From positions 640,001 through 704,000 of the forward strand of contig CAXXVO010000007.1 in the NCBI GenBank assembly GCA_963422645.2: a stretch of DNA of 64,000 nt, read 5' to 3'. This DNA is from Alphaproteobacteria bacterium (GTDB lineage: Bacteria; Pseudomonadota; Alphaproteobacteria; UBA828). The number at the start of each line of letters is the position of its first letter. The stretch's first letter is position 1. Of this stretch, positions 55,062-64,000 are shown in pieces. Both the position numbers and the translations under genes were made by a program. The notes beneath the pieces are model-generated. The model was not told the DNA's origin. It saw only the letters and a list, made by a program, of their open reading frames with translations, and ran no database searches.

Positions 55062-55412
55062 ATGCGTTTCAAGCTGATCATGGCGCTCGTGGATTCCGGC
55101 GAAACCGATGCCGTCCTCCACGCTGGCCGCCGCAGCGGCTCGACCGGTGCTACAATCATCACCGGCTGCCGCGGCGAGGGACTTGAGCCCGAGCAAACGT
55201 TTCTGGGTTTGAGATTGACCGGCCAACGGGACATTGTGCTCTTCCTGGTCGAAGAACACATGAGCCGGGCCGTTCTCGAAGGTATTGCGACGGCGGCAGC
55301 CTTCGAGGAGAAATCGGGGACGGGGATAGCGTTCCAGGTTGCCATCGAAGACGCGATCGGTCTTTCCCATCAGATCGCCGAGATCAAGCACGAGATCGAG
55401 GACCAGATATGA
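55062..55412 (+). CDS. PII-like regulator
   Basis: GSTGATII..RGEG, GTGIAF; usual neighbour of DUF1538 pairs. Confidence 0.8.
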   Translation: MRFKLIMALVDSGETDAVLHAGRRSGSTGATIITGCRGEGLEPEQTFLGLRLTGQRDIVLFLVEEHMSRAVLEGIATAAAFEEKSGTGIAFQVAIEDAIGLSHQIAEIKHEIEDQI

Positions 55413-55873
55413 GCAGCAAGGCGAGCACGGCCACGGCGCCGCCGCAGGGGGAGGGGGCCCAATTCAACACGGTGCGCGCGGTGATGTCGCCCATGCCGGC
55501 CCCGATCAACGGTATGGCCACGGTTCACGAGGCACTCGAGCTGATGCGCGAGAACAACGTGTACTCTCTCGTGGTCGAGCGCCGCCGGCCCGGCGACGAA
55601 TATGGCATGGTCGTGGTCTCCGACATCGCCAACAAGGTGATCGCGGACAGCCGCTCGCCCGACCGGGTGAATGTCTACGAGATCATGTCAAAGCCGGTGC
55701 TCACCGTGAGCGCCGACATGGAAATCAAGTACGCGATTCGCCTCCTTGGGCGCTTCGGCCTGTCACGCGGCGTGGTGGTCGACGGCAACGAGGCGGTCGG
55801 CTTCGTCACGCTGACCGACATGGTCTTTCGCTTCTACGAGCAGGAAGCGAGGCGGCGGGAGGCAAGCGGGTAG
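55409..55873 (+). CDS. CBS-domain protein
   Basis: Two CBS repeats (YGMV..SDI, VYEIMSKP). Confidence 0.85.
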   Translation: MSSKASTATAPPQGEGAQFNTVRAVMSPMPAPINGMATVHEALELMRENNVYSLVVERRRPGDEYGMVVVSDIANKVIADSRSPDRVNVYEIMSKPVLTVSADMEIKYAIRLLGRFGLSRGVVVDGNEAVGFVTLTDMVFRFYEQEARRREASG

Positions 55874-55887
55874 GTCGGACACAAGAG

Positions 55888-56661
55888 ATGACATTGTCTG
55901 ACGCAATGCCGCGGGCGGTGCTGGTCACAGGGGCTGCGGCGCGCATCGGCCGTATCGTCGCCGAGGCGCTGGCGCACGACGGCTGGGCGGTCGCGGTGCA
56001 CCATCGGGAATCCGGCGATGCCGCCAAGGAGGTCGTCGCGGACATCGAGGGTGCAGGCGGCCGTGCCGTGGCCCTCGGGGCCGATCTCGCCGAGGAGGCC
56101 GAGGTAGAGACCCTGGTGGCGCGGGCGACGGCAGCGCTCGGGCCGCTCGGCTGCCTCGTCAACAATGCCTCTCCCTTTGAGCATGACGACCTGCAAAGCG
56201 CGAGCCGCGCGAGTTGGAATCTCCACATGGGCGTCAATCTGCGCGCGCCCTTCGTGCTGATGCAAAGATTTGCCGCGGCGTTGCCGGACGAGGCGGAGGG
56301 CTGCATCGTCAACATGCTCGACCAGCGCGTCTGGAACCTGACACCGCACTTCATGTCATACACGCTCAGTAAGGCGGGGCTCTGGACGCTCACGCAGACC
56401 GCGGCGCTCGCGCTTGCGCCCCGCATCCGGGTGAACGGCATCGGCCCCGGCCCGACCCTGCCCAGCGCGCGCCAGAGCCCCGAGCATTTCGCGGCTCAAT
56501 ACGAAGCCACACCACTGAAGCGCGCCGTGGCGCCCGGCGACATCGCGGATGGTATCCGGTTCATCCTCGGCGCGCGCGCTCTCACCGGGCAGATGATCGC
56601 CCTGGACAGCGGTCAGCATCTCGGCTGGGCGATACCGCAGGGGAAAGAAGTCCTCGAATGA
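55888..56661 (+). CDS. SDR oxidoreductase, pteridine reductase/FolM-like
   Basis: TGAAARIG, VNNAS.F, YTLSK; overlaps folB start. Confidence 0.82.
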   Translation: MTLSDAMPRAVLVTGAAARIGRIVAEALAHDGWAVAVHHRESGDAAKEVVADIEGAGGRAVALGADLAEEAEVETLVARATAALGPLGCLVNNASPFEHDDLQSASRASWNLHMGVNLRAPFVLMQRFAAALPDEAEGCIVNMLDQRVWNLTPHFMSYTLSKAGLWTLTQTAALALAPRIRVNGIGPGPTLPSARQSPEHFAAQYEATPLKRAVAPGDIADGIRFILGARALTGQMIALDSGQHLGWAIPQGKEVLE

Positions 56662-57046
56662 GCACGAAATCCCCAAGCTCGGCGGAGCCCGCGGCTTTGC
56701 GGCGATGCCTGCTGATCCGCGATCTCGTCGTGTCCTGTGCGATCGGAGTCCACGAGCACGAGCGCCACGGCACGCAACGGGTGCGAATCAACGTCCGCGT
56801 GCAGGTCATGGACGACGAAGGGCCGATTGAGGACAGCATCGCCAACGTCGTCTCCTACGAGACCGTCGTGAACGGCATTCGCGCCATCATCGCCGGTGGC
56901 CATATCAATCTGGTGGAGACACTGGCCGACCGCATCGTCGAGCGCTGCCTCGCCAACCATCGCGTGCGCGGCGTGTGGGTGCGGGTCGAGAAGCTCGACC
57001 TTTACCCGGATGCCGCAGGCGTAGGCGTGGAGGTTGAGCGGAGCCG

Positions 57047-57050
<4 letters not shown>
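56658..57050 (+). CDS. folB: Dihydroneopterin aldolase
   Basis: IGVHEHE, VSYE, LVETLA, VEK, VGVE. Confidence 0.88.
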
Positions 57051-57931
<881 letters not shown>

Positions 57932-57940
57932 GAAAGCCCG

Positions 57941-58609
57941 CTAGCCGATGTGGCGCCCGAGGTGGGCGAGGGATCGGTCACGCGCGAGCGCGGCGGCCTC
58001 CGGGTGGTAGTCGGCCCGCTGGTCGCAGTTGAAGCCGTGGCCGGCGCCCTGATAGACGTGAACCGCGACGTCGGGGTGGGTCGTCTTGATCTCGTCCACG
58101 TCCGCCATCGGGATACCTGCGTCCTCGGTGCCGAAGTGAAGCATCGTCGGGCAGTCCGGCGTCTCGCCCACAAACTCGATGATCTGGCCGCCGTAGTAGC
58201 CGATCGTCGCGTCGATCTCGAGCCGACAGGCGGCAAGCCAGGCGAGTGAGCCGCCCCAGCAATAGCCCACCACGACCACCTTCGGTGCGCCTTCGAGGGC
58301 GTCGACGCCGGCCTTGATGTCCATGACCGGACCTTCCCAACCGATATCGGCCTTGAGCCCGCGCCCCTCGTCGACCGTCTCGGCACTGTAGCCGAGCTCG
58401 ATCCCCGGCTTCTTGCGGTCGAACAGGCATGGCGCAAGGACGAGGAATCCCTGGGCCGCGTAGTCGTCGCAGACACCTCTGATGTGGTCGTTGACCCCGA
58501 AAATCTCCTGCACGAGCACGAGGCCCGCACGCGGCTCGCCGTCGGGCGCCACCCGGTATGCGTTGAGAACGTGACCATCGTCCGCAGTCAGCCGGACAAC
58601 TGCGCCCAT
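57941..58609 (-). CDS. Dienelactone hydrolase family protein
   Basis: QEIFGVN, GYCWGG, HGFNC. Confidence 0.88.
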   Translation of the reverse strand: MGAVVRLTADDGHVLNAYRVAPDGEPRAGLVLVQEIFGVNDHIRGVCDDYAAQGFLVLAPCLFDRKKPGIELGYSAETVDEGRGLKADIGWEGPVMDIKAGVDALEGAPKVVVVGYCWGGSLAWLAACRLEIDATIGYYGGQIIEFVGETPDCPTMLHFGTEDAGIPMADVDEIKTTHPDVAVHVYQGAGHGFNCDQRADYHPEAAALARDRSLAHLGRHIG

Positions 58610-58705
58610 CGGGGGTGCCTCCCTGTTCCTCCATGGTTTCGCGCCCTTCCGCGCGAAGGAACTCCACATAGCAGAAGGGACATAGCTGCGCCACCTATAG
58701 GCGGG

Positions 58706-59808
58706 CTAGACATTGAAGCGAAAATGCATGACGTCGCCGTCGCGCACGACGTAGGCGCGCCCCTCTTGGCGCATTCGTCCGGCGCTGCGGGCGGCCTGCT
58801 CGCCGCCGAGCGCGATCAGCTCGTCCGCCGCGATGGTCTCGGCGCAGATGGAGCCGCGCGCGAAATCGGTGTGGATGCGACCGGCCGCTTCGACCGCCGT
58901 GCTGCCGCAGGAAGCGGCCAGGCACGCGCCTCCGTTTCGGTGGCCGTGATGAAGCGGATCAGGCCGAGCAGGCAATGGCCGGCGTGGATCACACGGTCGA
59001 GGCCGGGCGCCTCGAGCCCGAGGGCCTCGAGAAACTCGTTCCTCTCCACCGGATCCTCCAGCAGTGCGATCTCTGCTTCGAGCGCGGCCGAGACCACGAC
59101 CTGCTCCGCGCCGGCGGCGGTGGCATGGGCGGTAACGGCCTGGCTCATCCCGTTGCCCGTCGCGGCGTTCGCCTCATCGACGTTGCTGACGTAGAGCACC
59201 GGCTTGGCGCTAAGCAGGTTGAGTGCCGAGAATTCGCGTCTGGCTGTCTCGTCGGGCAGGTCGACCGCGCGCGCCGGGCGTCCGATTTCGAGCAGGGCAA
59301 GCGCCGGCTCGATAGCCAAGAGCCGATCTTTCGCCTCCTTGTCACCGCCGCGTGCGCGCTTGATCGCCCCGTCGCGCTGCCGCTCCAGACTCTCGAGGTC
59401 GGCCAGCATGAGTTCGGTCTCGATCAGTCCAATGTCGTGCAGAGGATCGACCGCACCGGTGCTGTGCGTCACCTGGTCGTCCCCGAAACAGCGGACCAGG
59501 TGGAGCAAGGCATCGACCTCGCGCACGTGACCCAGGAAGCGATTACCGAGTCCCTCGCCTTTGCTGGCGCCTTCGACGAGGCCGGCGATATCAACCACCT
59601 CCAGCACGCTCGCCACGACCTTGCGCGAACCTGCGAGGCGCGCGACCTCGTGGAGCGCGGCGTCCGGTACCGGTGCGCGCCCCACGTTGGGCTCGACGGT
59701 GCAGAAAGGGTAGTTGCCGACCTCGGCCGCGCCACTCGCGACCAGCGCGTTGAAAAGCGTGGACTTGCCCACATTGGGCAGGCCCACGATGCCGCACCTA
59801 AACCCCAC
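58706..59808 (-). CDS. ychF: Redox-regulated ATPase YchF (apparent -1 frameshift near 58906)
   Basis: GLPNVGKST, NYPFCT, DIAGLV, GEGLGN; TGS domain (AGRIHTDF...GDVMHFRFNV) lies in another frame. Confidence 0.88.
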
Positions 59809-60480
59809 CCGATGGTCCCGGGGGCGTTTCGCCGCCTGCCTGCGCCGGGCTCGATCCCGGCGGCGGAGCGAGGAGCGCGACCCGGCTCATGAAGGCGCTG
59901 GCGTCGCCCGCCATAATCAGTGGGAAGGCATCGACGATGGCGTCGAGAGTGGGGGTCAGCCAGGTCCGGTCCGATGCGCCGAAGCTGGAGAGCACATGGC
60001 CGGTCATCCGGTCCCGATCGCCGGGGTGGCCGATTCCGATCCGCACCCGCCAGAAGTCGGCGCCGATATGGGCGCGGGTGCTTCTGAGCCCGTTATGGCC
60101 GGCGACCCCGCCGCCGCATTTGGCCCGCACCTTGCCGGCGGCGAGATCGACTTCGTCGTGAAGGACGATAACGGCAGCGGGCTCAAGCCGGTGGAAGCGC
60201 ATGGCGGCACCCACCGCGCGACCCGATTCGTTCATGTAGGTCTGAGGCTTGAGGGCGAGCACGGACTCGTCGCCCAAGCGACCCTCGGCGATCTCGCCGT
60301 GGAAGCGCGTGCGTCGCCTGAATGCGCCAAAGCCGTGCGCCGTCGCCAGCGCGTCAAGCGCCATGAAGCCGACGTTGTGCCGATGCCGGGCCGCATCGGC
60401 GCCGGATTGCCGAGGCCGACCAGCAGGCGGGCAGGGGCGCCCCCCTGGGGGGCGCGGGAGCGGCGACGAAACAGGGCCGT
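59798..60480 (-). CDS. pth: Peptidyl-tRNA hydrolase (apparent -1 frameshift near 60403; no canonical start)
   Basis: LLVGLGNP, RHNVGF, KPQTYMNESG, HDEVD, GHNGLRS, RIGIGHP. Confidence 0.88.
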
Positions 60481-60481
60481 G

Positions 60482-61168
60482 TTAGGACTCCTCGCCCTCG
60501 GCCGCCTCTGCATCGGCATCCTCGGCCCCGTCCTCGGCGCCGAGTTCCTCGTCCTCGCCCTCTACGCCTTCCTCTTCGTCCTCCGGCTCGACGGCGACCG
60601 TGGGCGCGGCGAGGGTGGCGACGGTGAAGTCCCGGTCGGTGATGGTGGGCGTGACGCCCTCCGGGAGCTCGATGTGGCTGATGTGGATGCTGTCGCCGAT
60701 CTCGCATCCGGAGATATCAGCCACGAGGAATTCGGGCATTACCTCAAGCGGGCACATGAGCTCGACTTCGTGGCGGACGATATTGAGCACGCCGCCGCGT
60801 TTCAGGCCTTCGCATTCCTCATGGCCCTCGAAGCGGACCTCCACCGAGACCGCGAGCGTCGCTCCCGCGACGTAGCGCATGAAGTCGATGTGAAGCGGTG
60901 CATCGGTGATCGGATCGACCTGAACGTCACGAGGCAGCACTCGGATCACGTCGCCATTCAACCTGAGGTCGTAGAGACGGGCGAAGAAGCCTCGGCGGCC
61001 AAGCTCCCGTTCCATCACGTTGTAGTCGAGCGATATGGAGAGCGGCTCGCCGCCGCCGCCGTAAACGATGGCTGGCGTGCGGCCTTCGCGCCTTAGCGCC
61101 CGCGCGCCTCCCTTGCCGCGCGGCTCGCGCGGCAGTGCCTCGATGGTTGCCTGGTCACTCATGGTCAT
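60482..61168 (-). CDS. rplY: 50S ribosomal protein L25/Ctc
   Basis: GKGGARALRR.G..PA.VYG, DVQ.DP, HIDF, acidic tail. Confidence 0.93.
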   Translation of the reverse strand: MTMSDQATIEALPREPRGKGGARALRREGRTPAIVYGGGGEPLSISLDYNVMERELGRRGFFARLYDLRLNGDVIRVLPRDVQVDPITDAPLHIDFMRYVAGATLAVSVEVRFEGHEECEGLKRGGVLNIVRHEVELMCPLEVMPEFLVADISGCEIGDSIHISHIELPEGVTPTITDRDFTVATLAAPTVAVEPEDEEEGVEGEDEELGAEDGAEDADAEAAEGEES

Positions 61169-61195
61169 GCGTCTCCGCTATTCTGGCCGCGCGCG

Positions 61196-62128
61196 TCAAT
61201 CGAAGAGGCTGGAAACCGAGGTCTCCGAGCTGATACGGAGAATCGATTCGGCCATCAACGGCGCGATTGGGAGCACACGGATATTGTCCGTGCTCTCTAC
61301 GGCTTCGGTCGTCTGAATGGTGTCCGTCACGACCAGCGACTCGAGCTCCGACGACGAGACCCGCGCCACCGCCTCGCCCGATAGCACCGCGTGAGAGACA
61401 TAGCCGTGGACTGCCTTCGCACCCGCTTCCCTGAGCGCCGCGGCTGCGTTGCAGAGGGTCCCGGCCGAATCGACGATGTCGTCCACGATGATGCAGCGCC
61501 GTCCTACGACGTCGCCGATGATGTTCATGACTTCCGATTGGCCCGCACGCTCGCGCCGCTTGTCGACGATCGAGAGATCGGCATCGAAGCGCTTGGCCAT
61601 GGCCCGCGCCCGCAGCACGCCGCCCACATCGGGCGACACGAACATCAGAGGGTCGTTATTGTAGTTTAGCCTGATGTCGTCGACCATTACCGGAGCCGCG
61701 TAGAGATTGTCCACCGGAATGTCGAAGAAGCCCTGAATCTGACCGGCGTGCAGGTCCAGCGTGAGAACCCGGTTGGCGCCGCTCGCCTCGATCAGGTTGG
61801 CGACCAACTTGGCTGAGATCGGCGTGCGCGGAGACGATTTCCGATCCTGCCGCGCGTAGCCGAAATAGGGCACCACCGCGGTCACCCGCTGCGCCGAGGC
61901 GCGCTTCAGGGCATCGAGGCAGATCAGCAACTCCATCAGGTTGTCGTTGGCCGGTGTCGACGTCGATTGAATCAGGAACACATCCTCGCCGCGCACGTTC
62001 TCCTGGATCTCCACGAAGATCTCAGAATCGGAGAAGCGGCGGATGGAGGCTCGAGTCAAACCCATGCCGAGCGCCGACGAGATCGCCTCAGCCAGCGGCC
62101 GGTTGCTGTTGCCGGCGACGAGCTTCAT
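61196..62128 (-). CDS. prs: Ribose-phosphate pyrophosphokinase
   Basis: [42 protein letters not shown]. Confidence 0.96.
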   Translation of the reverse strand: MKLVAGNSNRPLAEAISSALGMGLTRASIRRFSDSEIFVEIQENVRGEDVFLIQSTSTPANDNLMELLICLDALKRASAQRVTAVVPYFGYARQDRKSSPRTPISAKLVANLIEASGANRVLTLDLHAGQIQGFFDIPVDNLYAAPVMVDDIRLNYNNDPLMFVSPDVGGVLRARAMAKRFDADLSIVDKRRERAGQSEVMNIIGDVVGRRCIIVDDIVDSAGTLCNAAAALREAGAKAVHGYVSHAVLSGEAVARVSSSELESLVVTDTIQTTEAVESTDNIRVLPIAPLMAESILRISSETSVSSLFD

Positions 62129-62235
62129 CGATGACGGTTCCCTGGAGCGTGGGGTGGGGTAAGCCCTGCCGGGCCGCGCCTCAGGCCCCGAAGGCGTGCG
62201 GACTGTATCAATCTGGCCCTGCCCTGTAAACGCTG

Positions 62236-63357
62236 TTACCGAACCGTGACGGAGACGGCAATCGGTGCCCCGACCAGCACCGAAGGAGCACGTGGTGCCC
62301 CGGGCTCTGGCTTGAAGTATGGCTTGAGATTCGGCCGGGCGAACGGCAGGGGCGATACCGCAGCCAACACCGCAGGCGGCTCAGCAGATGCTTCGATAGG
62401 CAGCGCAAGCGGCGCTTCGGTCAGCGTCTGAGGCAGCAGTTCTGCGTTGGCCTCTTGCCGCTGCGCCTCAGCGATCCGGCGTACGTCCGGTTGATCGAGC
62501 ACTTGCGCGATGCCCGGCGCACCGGCACGGGCAACGAGGCGCGGCAGAACACCCCACGTGCCGGTCAGTCGCTCTGCGCCGACGCGGTTACTCTGGGTGA
62601 CAGTGCCGAGTCTCCTACCGTTCGGATGCAGCACATCCCAGGTGATCGTGACGGTCGCGCTGTCCGCAACGGTGTCTTCTCGCGCGACCGAGACCCAGCC
62701 CTGGAGCGTCAGCATCCCGTCCTCGAGAGTATCGACGACAGTGACGCCGACGCGGGCGAGGGAGTGCCTCATGGCGCGGGCGAGCGCGACCCCGCCGTCG
62801 CCCGGGGCACCGCGAACGGTCTCGACGGCCACAGGCACTTGAAGCGGACGGCCCGCGTCCTGGGTTGCCGGCGGTTTCAGCACGGCGGCGACTCGCCCGG
62901 CGGCCCGCGCTGCGATCGCCTCCAGATCGGCCGTTGCCAACCCGATAGACGACGCAGCGAGCCTCGATTCCTCGAAACGGAGCGCGGTCTCGCCATCGGG
63001 CGCGATCAACGACCATCTCAGCTTGCCTGCAGCGATCGAGACATTCCCGGCCAACACGATGCTGCCGCGACCGCCGGCGTGAGCGCTGGCCGGTATGTCC
63101 CTCAGCTGCAGCGCCTCCACGACCTCGTCCACAAGCGCCCTAGACTGGTCTGCGGACAGCCCTCCGATGGGCGGCACCATGATGCTGCCCCAGGTTGTGT
63201 CTCCTGGAGCGGCCCACGTCTGCGTGGTCTTGTCTGCCGGCTGGAAGGGGCGGGGCAGGTCGCCACAGGCCGTCAGCGCCACACACAGGATGAAGCACAG
63301 CGCGAGCGAAATCGCGCCCCGCTGAGAGCGACAAGCCGCGCTGTTCCGGTGAATCAC
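62236..63357 (-). CDS. Hypothetical lipoprotein
   Basis: Hydrophobic leader with LTAC lipobox; V.GAPGDG...LA.AM motif; between pgeF and prs. Confidence 0.6.
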   Translation of the reverse strand: MIHRNSAACRSQRGAISLALCFILCVALTACGDLPRPFQPADKTTQTWAAPGDTTWGSIMVPPIGGLSADQSRALVDEVVEALQLRDIPASAHAGGRGSIVLAGNVSIAAGKLRWSLIAPDGETALRFEESRLAASSIGLATADLEAIAARAAGRVAAVLKPPATQDAGRPLQVPVAVETVRGAPGDGGVALARAMRHSLARVGVTVVDTLEDGMLTLQGWVSVAREDTVADSATVTITWDVLHPNGRRLGTVTQSNRVGAERLTGTWGVLPRLVARAGAPGIAQVLDQPDVRRIAEAQRQEANAELLPQTLTEAPLALPIEASAEPPAVLAAVSPLPFARPNLKPYFKPEPGAPRAPSVLVGAPIAVSVTVR

Positions 63358-63434
63358 GGGCTCGATACCGCCAGGGCGCAGCTCACCACCATGCCGACGA
63401 AGAGGAGAACGCCGAAGATGATCACGTAGGGCAT
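63354..63434 (-). CDS. Putative 26-aa single-TM small protein [26 protein letters not shown]
   Basis: ATG 1 nt after the pgeF stop; TGA overlaps the next GTG start. Confidence 0.45.
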   Translation of the reverse strand: MPYVIIFGVLLFVGMVVSCALAVSSP

Positions 63435-63435
63435 G

Positions 63436-64000
63436 TCACGAGCCGAGCGAGACGATCGAGATATTGCGGCCGTAGTCGGGCTCGCCCCGGTGGACGCTCC
63501 GGCGGTAGCTGAAGAAGCGGCCGGTCTCGGCGCAGGTATCGCCGCCGGTCGCTTCGACCGCCGCGAGTCCCAGGGTGCCCAGGCGACGAGCGACGTAGCC
63601 CACGATGTCGAAGAAGAAGTGCCCGTCGCGATCTGATTGTGCGAACAGGTCTTCGTCCCGCGCGCTGCGCGCCAGGAATGGCGCCGGGAACTCGGGCCCG
63701 ACCTCGTAGGATGTCGCGCCGATCGCGGGGCCAATGACTGCCCGTATCTCGCCCGCCCGTGCGCCGAGGCCCAGCATGGCCTCGACCGCGGCTTCCAGGA
63801 CTCCGTTCAGCGCGCCGCGCCAGCCGGCATGGGCCGCGCCGATCACGCCGGCCTCGCGATCTGCCAGCAGCACGGGCACGCAATCGGCGGTGAGGATCGC
63901 GAGCGCCAGACCGGGTGTCGCCGTCGCCATGGCGTCGACGCGCGGTGCATCGTCACGGGCCCAGGGCTCGGTCACGACAAGCGCTTTGGCGCTGTGGACC
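63436..64000 (-). CDS. pgeF: PgeF/YfiH laccase-domain protein (5' part outside window)
   Basis: TADCVPVL, AHAGWRGA, IGPAIG..SYEVG, FFSYRR. Confidence 0.9.
   Translation of the reverse strand, partial: VHSAKALVVTEPWARDDAPRVDAMATATPGLALAILTADCVPVLLADREAGVIGAAHAGWRGALNGVLEAAVEAMLGLGARAGEIRAVIGPAIGATSYEVGPEFPAPFLARSARDEDLFAQSDRDGHFFFDIVGYVARRLGTLGLAAVEATGGDTCAETGRFFSYRRSVHRGEPDYGRNISIVSLGS

Overview
High-GC alphaproteobacterial chromosome segment (Rhodospirillales-like gene order) with a housekeeping backbone: lysC, fabK-like, rodZ, hisS, prfA, prmC, DUF4167, clpB; trkH, folE, apaG, cobST; thrB-rnhA; bioFD, pxpA; a DUF1538-PII-CBS operon; folB, mtnP, ychF, pth, rplY, prs, pgeF. The backbone is heavily invaded by insertion sequences: two apparently identical 1888-bp single-ORF IS66 copies, two related DDE elements of a poorly classified family, two IS1595, IS1380, IS21 and IS110, with a nested IS pile at about 34.9-45.1 kb ending in a probable transposable (Mu-like) prophage right-end remnant. 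The most unusual structure is at 31493-33180. It consists of IS66 left ends carrying a compact N6-adenine DNA methyltransferase whose stop overlaps the transposase start, and two such copies are fused into a 1688-bp fold-back with 574-bp inverted arms. ispG and ispH are both absent from their usual operon positions. Several single-base frameshifts, including one in pth, look like homopolymer assembly errors. Protein assignments come from motif recognition by eye; no database searches were run.
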